A stretch of 33,047 nucleotides of DNA, from positions 1 through 33,047 of the forward strand of contig JAJPHT010000025.1 in assembly GCA_021325135.1 (NCBI GenBank). Reading direction: 5' to 3'. Positions 1 to 7,155 of the stretch are shown here, in pieces. The DNA comes from Pseudomonadota bacterium. Its GTDB lineage: Archaea; Thermoplasmatota; SW-10-69-26; JACQPN01; JAJPHT01. How positions within the stretch are numbered: the stretch's first letter is position 1; every line of letters begins with the position of its first letter. Under the pieces are notes generated by a model, which saw nothing but the letters and a program-made list of their open reading frames with translations, made no database searches and was not told where the DNA came from. Made by a program: the position numbers and the translations under genes.

Positions 1-270
1 CCCCCCCCCCCCCTTGTCAGACCCCCCGTTCTTCTCCTTTGTCGCCCCTTGCTGGGCAAGCGCCCGGGAGCCCGCGTGCAGGCGGGCGATCGGCAGCGGG
101 GAAGCGCGCTCGCCTGGGAGGAGCGATCGCAGACGCGTCAGCGGGACAAGAGAAAAGGCAAGGCCGCCCAGCGCGGCGATCCGCGAGGAGGGACGCGGCT
201 CCATGGAGCGCGCGCTGGGCGGCGATGAGGAAGAAAGGGGGGCGCCCCCGGAGGAGCGCCCTGGGGCGGC

Positions 271-3200
271 TCACGCCTTGCGCTTCAGGCGCGGGTAGAC
301 GGCCTGGCCCACGACCACGACGCCCAGGAAGATCGTCGTCCAGAGGAAGACGCTGGGGGGCGAGGGCTCGGAGAGCGTGATCGTGCGCGTGCTGAAGTGC
401 GCGAGCGTCACGATGGCCTGGAGGCCGGCCTGGCCCTCGGTCGTGATGAGGTAGTACTTGTCCGCGTTGGGCGTCAGCGCGTCCTGGTAGCTCTTGGCCT
501 GGCTGAGCTCGTGGCCGTCCACCATGAGCTTCGCGTTGCCCTGGATGAGGCTGCTCACGGTGTTGCGGTCCAGGCTGAGGATCACCGACTTGCCGGTGTG
601 CGTGGCGGAGTCCACCACGACCTGCACCTGGTCCGTCGTCGCGACCTGCGTCACCGCGAGCACGTCCGCGTAGTAGTTCACGGCCGCGCTGGTGGTGGCG
701 TGGGTGGTCGCGCTCGTGGAGACGATGACCTGGCCGAGGAGCTTGCCGGAGGCGATGGCCTGCGCCTGCGCCTCCTTCTGCGCCTCGTTGAGCTCGCTCT
801 CGAAGCCGCTGAACGCCTTGAACATCACCGTGGCGCCCGCGTGGAGGGAGGCGTCCACCTGGCCGCCCGCGTCCCCCGCGCCGCTGAGGGCGCCATCGCC
901 GATGGCGACGAGCGCGCCCGAGAAGTCGGGCGCGCTGAGCATGACGACCTGCGGGCTCACCTGCGTGGGCTGCACGTTGCTGGCGAGGTCGAAGACGACG
1001 TTGGTGTCCGCCGCGGCGGTGGCCTTGAGGACGGCGCCGGAGACGTCGTAGGCCTCCAGGCTCCCCTCGGGGCCGACCCACTTGATGCTGCTGGGGCTGC
1101 TGCCCGAGCCGCCCGAGAAGGCGGTGTCGCCCAGGCGCACGGCGTCGAAGACCTTCGTCGTCGTGCCCGCGGCCGCGTCGGCGGTGGCCTTCGCGGCGAC
1201 GGTGTAGTCCAGGACGAGGCCCGCCTCGGGCTTCGCGACGAGGCTCACGATCCGGCCGGACTCCGCGCCGCCGTAGCCGGGCGCGAACTGCCCGAAGACG
1301 TCCAGCGCGGCGGCCTCGCGGCTCGCCTGGTCGAGGTTGCTCTTGGCGACGATGCTGGCCGCCTCGCCCGCGGCGAGGTCGGGCACCAGCACGATGACCT
1401 GCGTGAGGCCCTGGCTCGTGCCGACCCAGTACTCGGCCTGGCCGCCCGCGTTGGCGGCGGCGTCGGCGAGGAGGGAGGCCGCGCTGTCCACCGCGACGGC
1501 CGCCTTGCCGTTCACGCTGACCGCGACGTCCGCGGCGCTGCGCGCGGCGAGGGTCGCCTGGTCCGCGACGAGGGCGAAGGCGGTGGCCTTGGCGCTGGCG
1601 GCCGCGCTGTTCACGGCGTCCAGGGTGACGACGCCGCGGTGCGTGGCCTGCGCGCCCTGGCGCACGGCCATGTGGATGTCCTTGTGGTAGTCGACCTTGG
1701 CGGAGGCGATGGCGTTGGCCACGAAGCCGACGCTGGCCTCGCTGGCGAGCGCGCCGTTGGCGATGGCCTTCGCGATCAGCTCCGCGCTGGCCTTGGCCTG
1801 CGCCTCGACGGTGCTGCGGAAGACGAGCTTCTCGCCCTGCGCGACGTGGGCCTTGACCTCCTGCGTCTTGCTGAGGTCGAACTGGCTGTGCTCGGCCGCG
1901 GTGCCGTCCACCTTGGTGAGCATCACGTAGCCGACCTTGCCCGCGGGGCCGTCAAGCTCCACGACGTTCGCGGCGTCCGCGAGGGCGTGGGCGCTGATCT
2001 CGTTGTTGAGGTGGAAGTCCTCGGTGGTGGCGACGTCCGCCGTGGTCTCGATGGCGCCGTAGACCGAGTCCGTGAAGGTGGTCGTGGCGGCGACCTGGCC
2101 CGCGACGGTGGTCGTCATCTGGACGGCCGCGCCCGCGGTGGCGGAGGCGCTGTTCTGCGCGTAGGCGCTGGTCTCCAGCTGCGCCTTGGAGGTGAACTGC
2201 GCGGCGGCGTCGGCGGCGATGTCGCCCGCCACCTCTATCTTGGTGAAGATCTCCTCCGCGCTGCGCACGTCGGTGAAGTGGCGCACGCTGGTGTCGCCCT
2301 TCGCCTCGCTGGCGAAGAACTCGCTGAAGGAGCCGATGACCTGGCCCGAGCCCGAGGCGCTGGTCTCCAGGTCGCCCAGGAGCGAGAAGCCGCCCTGGAT
2401 CTGCTCGGTCAAGGCGCTCGCGGCGTCAAGCTCCGCCAGCGTGCTGGCGGCGGCCTGGCCCGAGGCGAGCGCGGCGATGGTCACCTGCGTCGCGGCGTTG
2501 AGCTTGGCCGCGACGTTGGTCACGACGAGGACGCGGCCGTCCACGGCCCACGCCCAGTAGGAGTCCGCGTGCGTCGCGACGTCCGCGGCGGCGGCCACGC
2601 GCTGCGCGAGGGCGCCATCCACGTACACGGCAACCTGGTCCGCGGTCTGCGCGGGGACGTCCACGTAGTCGAGGTCGTAGGCAAGGACCTCGGCGCGCGC
2701 GCACGCCTGGCCGGACGCGCTGCCCGAAGCGCTTCCGGCGGCGTTGGGCGCGCTGCCCGCGAGGCCGCCCGCCGAGTCCGCCGCCGCGCACGCGCTGGCG
2801 GTCGCGGTGGTCTTCAGCATGGTCGTGACGCGGGTGGACTCCTTGACCTCGGTGCGCGCCGACGCGAAGGCGTGGTACTGCGCCTGCGCGATGAGCTGCG
2901 CGCCGCTGGAGAACTCGGTGGTGGCCTCGCCCACGAGCTTGCCCGAGGCCATGAGGCTCACGACCGCGGAGTTGTAGGCCGAGGCGCCCTGGTCGAGGGC
3001 GGCGCCCAGGCGGCTCGCGTAGGAGGCGTCCGCGCGGAAGACCAGCTCGGCGCCCTGCTTGAGGGTCGCCTGGGCCTTGTGCTGGCCCTGGAGCGCGAGG
3101 CCGGAGCCGTCCTTGGCGGTGTCGTTCTGGTCCGCGCGCAGGAGCACGATGGCGCCCTGCACGCCGTTGGCGCCCTCGCCCGCGACGCGCCACACGTTGG

Positions 3201-3705
3201 AGGCGTCCGCGTCGGGGGTGATGAGCACGCCATCGGGCGTGTGGAAGGTGACGATCTGGTCGTGGGAGCCGGTCGCCGTCATGGTGAGCAGGCTGTTCAC
3301 GTTGTCCGTGAGCGTGACCAGGAGGTCGCTGCCCTGCATGGCGAGGGACGAGGTGCCCACGCCCTGGAGCTGGCTCGTGGGCTGGAAGCCCTGGATGTCG
3401 ATGGCGCTGAAGACGTCCTTCGCGCCAGAACCATCGGGGCTCGCGACCGCGAACTGCTGGAGGACGCCCTGGCCGTTGGCGGCCGCGGAGCCCTCCGCGA
3501 GGAGGCTCGACACGAGGGAGCCCTGGGCCATGCCCTGGCCAGCGCCCGCGGGCGTCACGTCGAAGGTGCCCACGGACCGGCCGGCTCCTCCCCCGAGGCC
3601 GGGGGCGTGGGGCGCCGCCTGCACGAGGGGCGCCCCCAGCGGGGCGACGAGGGTGGCAAGGGTCAGCAGGGTCAGGATGCGAACGTGGCGGGCTTTGGCG
3701 TCCAT
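271..3705 (-). CDS. Large Ala-rich secreted, C-terminally membrane-anchored surface protein with three tandem ~350-400 aa repeats (S-layer/adhesin-like)
   Basis: ATG at 3705 with GGAGG upstream. Signal peptide MDAKARHVRILTLLTLATLVAPLGAPLVQA. Three internal repeats (GAELVFRA/GEKLVFRS/GATVMFKA; VYVDG..DSYW/VSVNG..AEYW/LMVDG..DKYY). C-terminal TM plus basic tail (FLWTTIFLGVVVVGQAVYPRLKRKA). Confidence 0.85.
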   Translation of the reverse strand: MDAKARHVRILTLLTLATLVAPLGAPLVQAAPHAPGLGGGAGRSVGTFDVTPAGAGQGMAQGSLVSSLLAEGSAAANGQGVLQQFAVASPDGSGAKDVFSAIDIQGFQPTSQLQGVGTSSLAMQGSDLLVTLTDNVNSLLTMTATGSHDQIVTFHTPDGVLITPDADASNVWRVAGEGANGVQGAIVLLRADQNDTAKDGSGLALQGQHKAQATLKQGAELVFRADASYASRLGAALDQGASAYNSAVVSLMASGKLVGEATTEFSSGAQLIAQAQYHAFASARTEVKESTRVTTMLKTTATASACAAADSAGGLAGSAPNAAGSASGSASGQACARAEVLAYDLDYVDVPAQTADQVAVYVDGALAQRVAAAADVATHADSYWAWAVDGRVLVVTNVAAKLNAATQVTIAALASGQAAASTLAELDAASALTEQIQGGFSLLGDLETSASGSGQVIGSFSEFFASEAKGDTSVRHFTDVRSAEEIFTKIEVAGDIAADAAAQFTSKAQLETSAYAQNSASATAGAAVQMTTTVAGQVAATTTFTDSVYGAIETTADVATTEDFHLNNEISAHALADAANVVELDGPAGKVGYVMLTKVDGTAAEHSQFDLSKTQEVKAHVAQGEKLVFRSTVEAQAKASAELIAKAIANGALASEASVGFVANAIASAKVDYHKDIHMAVRQGAQATHRGVVTLDAVNSAAASAKATAFALVADQATLAARSAADVAVSVNGKAAVAVDSAASLLADAAANAGGQAEYWVGTSQGLTQVIVLVPDLAAGEAASIVAKSNLDQASREAAALDVFGQFAPGYGGAESGRIVSLVAKPEAGLVLDYTVAAKATADAAAGTTTKVFDAVRLGDTAFSGGSGSSPSSIKWVGPEGSLEAYDVSGAVLKATAAADTNVVFDLASNVQPTQVSPQVVMLSAPDFSGALVAIGDGALSGAGDAGGQVDASLHAGATVMFKAFSGFESELNEAQKEAQAQAIASGKLLGQVIVSTSATTHATTSAAVNYYADVLAVTQVATTDQVQVVVDSATHTGKSVILSLDRNTVSSLIQGNAKLMVDGHELSQAKSYQDALTPNADKYYLITTEGQAGLQAIVTLAHFSTRTITLSEPSPPSVFLWTTIFLGVVVVGQAVYPRLKRKA

Positions 3706-3889
3706 GGGGTTCCTCCCCGCTCCCCCTCGGGTCGCCCGGGTCTCATCCCGGTCGCGGATTCGGGCCTCGGGGACTCCGGCCAACCGGCCGACGGGCCCTT
3801 CCCCCTGACGGGTTTGGGAAAGCGGTCAAGGCTCGCACGGCAACGCTTATCGCCCCCCTCGGGCTCGGTCTCGTCGGGGAAGCTTCAGC

Positions 3890-4924
3890 ATGAGCCTTAG
3901 ATTCGCCTGTCTCTTTCTTGTCCTCGCCGTCTTCGCGGCGGGCTGCACGTCGACCGAGCCCGCCACCACGAAGCCCACCGAGGCGACCGCCCAAGCCGCA
4001 GGCGGGGGGGAGATCACGCAGGCCTCCGTGTCCAACGGCAACGGCCAGGGCGGCGGCCAGGTGCGCGACGTCGCGCCCACCCTGCCCGCCTTCGCCATCG
4101 GCACCGCCAGCGTCGACAACAGCGGCGGCAACAACCTCACCTTCACCGGCACCGCCTCGGACGCCAACGGCGAGCAGGACCTCCAGTTCCTCTACGTCAA
4201 GGGCACGACCTACAGCGCGGCGTCCGGCTTCCAGTTCCTCGGCACCAACCACACCATCACCTCCGCGGAGCGCAACCAGACCTCGGAGCCCGCGTCCTTC
4301 GCGTCCGACGGCTACAAGGTGTGGGACTGCAACGGCCGCGACGGCGTCCTCTGCTGGAAGTACAACCTTCCCGTGGCCCAGTTCGCCCAGGCCGGCACGT
4401 ACACCTTCAACGCGACGACGGGCAAGGCGTCCTCCTTCGCCTCCTCGCTGGTCTCGCAGATGCTCACGGGCACCGTGACCTCCTTCAGCCAGATCGACTT
4501 CTCGCCCTACCCCGTGGACTCCACGGGCGCGGTGCAGACGGGCGCCAACTGGGGCTCCTGGACGGCCAACCCCGGCGACGCCAACGTCACCGCGGGCAAC
4601 TACCTGAAGCTCACCAACAACGGCGACGTGGCCGGCGCCCGCGTGCAGATCAGCTTCTCGGGCACCGCCTTCGTGGGCACCACCGACTCCAGCTACACCG
4701 TGCCCTTCGCCAGCAACGTCCAGTTCGCCTCGTGCGACGCGGCGGCCGGCACGGCCCCCAGCGCGTGCACGTTCAGCGCGTGGAGCGCCCCCAACGCGGG
4801 CGCGGTCACGGTGCAGTTCGCGGGCAAGGGGCACGTCCTCTACGTGCAGTACCGCGTCGTCAGCCTGCCCAGCCCGCTCATGGCGCAGAGCTACGGCGCG
4901 ACCTTCACCGCGACCGAGCTGTGA
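3890..4924 (+). CDS. Lipoprotein, paralog 1 of an uncharacterised two-domain beta-rich surface family
   Basis: Lipobox-like LAVFAAGC; Thr/Ser/Asn-rich; shares EPASF.DG.KVW, WG.W.A.PG...NY.K..N.G and QF..KG...Y..YR...P..L..Q.YGA motifs with the downstream genes. Confidence 0.85.
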   Translation: MSLRFACLFLVLAVFAAGCTSTEPATTKPTEATAQAAGGGEITQASVSNGNGQGGGQVRDVAPTLPAFAIGTASVDNSGGNNLTFTGTASDANGEQDLQFLYVKGTTYSAASGFQFLGTNHTITSAERNQTSEPASFASDGYKVWDCNGRDGVLCWKYNLPVAQFAQAGTYTFNATTGKASSFASSLVSQMLTGTVTSFSQIDFSPYPVDSTGAVQTGANWGSWTANPGDANVTAGNYLKLTNNGDVAGARVQISFSGTAFVGTTDSSYTVPFASNVQFASCDAAAGTAPSACTFSAWSAPNAGAVTVQFAGKGHVLYVQYRVVSLPSPLMAQSYGATFTATEL

Positions 4925-4934
4925 GGTGCCCGTG

Positions 4935-5867
4935 ATGCGCGCCGCCCTTGGCCTCCTGGTCCTGGCGCTCCTTGCGCCCCTCGCCGCCGCGTCGAGCTTC
5001 ACGCTCCTCGCGGACCGGCACGCGGACCAGGACGCCTCGGGCGGCGTGACCGTGTTCACCATGCCGGTGCAGGTGAACCAGGGCGGCTTCGTGTACGCCA
5101 AGGTCCTCGCCACCGAGGGCAACGCGGTCAACGACGGCTATCACGCCAACGGCAGCGTCGAGGCCCACACGGGCTGGCGCGTCGCGTTCGCGTGGATCTA
5201 CGCCAACGGCACGCGGCAGGAGCTGGGCGAGTTCGTGGACGGAACGCCCAGCGCGCTGGCCGCCGTCTCGCCCGAGTCGGACCAGCTCGTCATGACCGTG
5301 CGCTGGCCCTCCGACGCGCAGACCGTGGGCGGCCCCGCGCAGCAGGTGTGGGTCGCCCTCGCGTACCGGCAGGCCCCCTCGGGCACGGACCCGGGCGCGA
5401 CCTCCGGCGTGCAGATGGACGAGGCGCGCGCCATCTCGCTGACGCTCCACTTCGGGCCCGGCGTCGCCATGGAGCCCTCGGGGACGACCGCGAGCCCCAC
5501 GCCGGGCCCCTCGCCCACGCCCCCCTCCACGGTGCCCTCCGCGCCCCCGGCGACGCCCACCGCCGCGACGCCGCAGGCCTCCCCCGGCGGGGGCGGCGAG
5601 CCCGTCGTCCCCTCCGTGGGGCCCATCGAGTCCTCCGCGCCCGCGACGCGCATCGTGGTCGTGGCGCCGCCGCTCCCCTCGTGGTTCCTGGGCGCGGTCG
5701 TCTTCCTCGGCGTCGTCAGCGTCGTCAGCCTCTCCCTCCTGGCCGTGGGCGTCTGGCTCCTGGCGCGGCGCCGCCGCGAGGCGCCCGTCCTGCGCCGCGT
5801 GACGCGCATTCCCGTGCGCCTCCGCGAGGAGACGCCCGCCTCGCCTCCGGTCCGGGGGGAGCGCTGA
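4935..5867 (+). CDS. Secreted protein: one beta-rich domain, Pro/Thr stalk, C-terminal TM anchor
   Basis: GAGGTG SD overlapping the upstream stop, then ATG at 4935. Signal peptide MRAALGLLVLALLAPLAAA, PT-rich linker, TM followed by RRRR. Confidence 0.8.
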   Translation: MRAALGLLVLALLAPLAAASSFTLLADRHADQDASGGVTVFTMPVQVNQGGFVYAKVLATEGNAVNDGYHANGSVEAHTGWRVAFAWIYANGTRQELGEFVDGTPSALAAVSPESDQLVMTVRWPSDAQTVGGPAQQVWVALAYRQAPSGTDPGATSGVQMDEARAISLTLHFGPGVAMEPSGTTASPTPGPSPTPPSTVPSAPPATPTAATPQASPGGGGEPVVPSVGPIESSAPATRIVVVAPPLPSWFLGAVVFLGVVSVVSLSLLAVGVWLLARRRREAPVLRRVTRIPVRLREETPASPPVRGER

Positions 5868-7153
5868 CGCGCCCGGGGCCCCGCCTCGCCGCGTGGCTCC
5901 TGGTCGCGCTGCTCCTGGCCGGATGCACCTCCCCGGGCGGCACGCTGCGCCTGGCCAGCGACGACGAGAACGCCACGCCCACGCCTGAGGAGACCGCTCC
6001 GACCCCCTCCACGCCCGTCGACCTGCCCTACTCGGGCGTCGCGGGCGGCGAAGCCGCGGAGGCCCCCACGCCCGAGGCGCCGACGCCCACGGAGCCGACC
6101 CCCGAGGCGAGCCCGGAGCCGGCCATCGAGGCCTCCCCCGAACCCGTCGCGAACGCGACCCCCGCCGCCAACGCGACCCCCCCGGCCGACGAGGCGCCCC
6201 CGGTCAACGAGTCGACCTCCGCGAACGAGACCGCGCCCGCGAACCAGACCGAGGCGCCCCCCGCCAACGAGACGCCCCCCACGCCGACCCCGCCGACCCC
6301 CTCCACGCCCGTCCTGGCCACGCTGGCGTTCTCGGGCGTGAGCGCGGGCGCGCAGCGCATCGAGGCGGGCGGCGCCGGGGTCATCGTGCGCGGCCTCGTC
6401 CTGGCGCCCGATCCGGCGCATCTCGCCTCGGTGGGCGTCCGCGCGAGCCTCGCGGGCGCGCCGGACCTCGTCGCGCTGCACCTCGTCTCCAACGCGGACC
6501 GCAAGCGCCCCCAGGAGCCCGGCTCGTTCGACGCGGACGGCTGCCGCGCGTGGCGCGCGGGCGAAGGGAGCCTCGGCTTCGCGTGCCGGCTCGTCCCGCC
6601 CCGCGGCGCGCCCTCCGGGCGGTACGCGCTCGTCGCCCTCGCCAGCGACGACGCGGGAGGCTCCGCCGTCTCCGACGCGCTGCCGCTGGGCATCGCGCCG
6701 CTGCGCCTCGTGCAGGTGGCGGGCGCTCCCGTCGACGCGGACGGGAACGCGACGGGCGTCGCGTGGGGCGGCTGGGCCGCCCGGCCCGGCGCGCGCGGCG
6801 TGCCGGCGGCGAACTACGTCCGCATCGTGAACGCGGGCGACGACGACAACGCCACGGCCATCGTGGACTTCGGCACCGGCGGGTTCCGCGGCGCGCTGGA
6901 CCCGCGCTTCTCCATCCCCACCGTGGGCAACCTGGAGTTCGCCTGGTGGGAGGCCAAGGGCGCCAACGCGCAGGCCGAGAAGCCTCGCCACGGCCAGTTC
7001 ACCTGGCACGAGCCCACGGCCGGAGGCGCCTCCGAGCGTGTGCAGTTCACGTCCAAGGGCTCCGTCATCTTCCTCGTCTACCGCATCAAGGCCATGCCCG
7101 ACGTGCTGCCCGTGCAGGCCTACGGCGCGTCGTACGTGGTGACGGAGGGCTGA
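5864..7153 (+). CDS. Lipoprotein, paralog 2, with acidic Pro/Glu/Thr linker; probable CTG start
   Basis: LLVALLLAGC lipobox and clear homology to the 3890 gene. The only plausible start just before the signal is CTG at 5864, overlapping the upstream TGA (CTGA), with a G-rich SD-like sequence upstream. Confidence 0.8.
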   Translation: MTRPGPRLAAWLLVALLLAGCTSPGGTLRLASDDENATPTPEETAPTPSTPVDLPYSGVAGGEAAEAPTPEAPTPTEPTPEASPEPAIEASPEPVANATPAANATPPADEAPPVNESTSANETAPANQTEAPPANETPPTPTPPTPSTPVLATLAFSGVSAGAQRIEAGGAGVIVRGLVLAPDPAHLASVGVRASLAGAPDLVALHLVSNADRKRPQEPGSFDADGCRAWRAGEGSLGFACRLVPPRGAPSGRYALVALASDDAGGSAVSDALPLGIAPLRLVQVAGAPVDADGNATGVAWGGWAARPGARGVPAANYVRIVNAGDDDNATAIVDFGTGGFRGALDPRFSIPTVGNLEFAWWEAKGANAQAEKPRHGQFTWHEPTAGGASERVQFTSKGSVIFLVYRIKAMPDVLPVQAYGASYVVTEG

Positions 7154-7155
7154 GC

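Noticed and set aside
1-230. Poly-C run and partial hairpins at the window start
   Set aside because: Truncated at the edge; the homopolymer may be an assembly artefact; no supportable call.
397-3900. 1167-aa plus-strand ORF (and similar long antisense ORFs at 7120-9099, 14990-16666, 17019-18587, 24202-27198, 30718-33009)
   Set aside because: Shadow ORFs expected from high-GC codon bias opposite real genes; Arg/Gly/His-rich with no motifs. Only the ends that contain real genes (15262-14990, 27199-27708) were kept.
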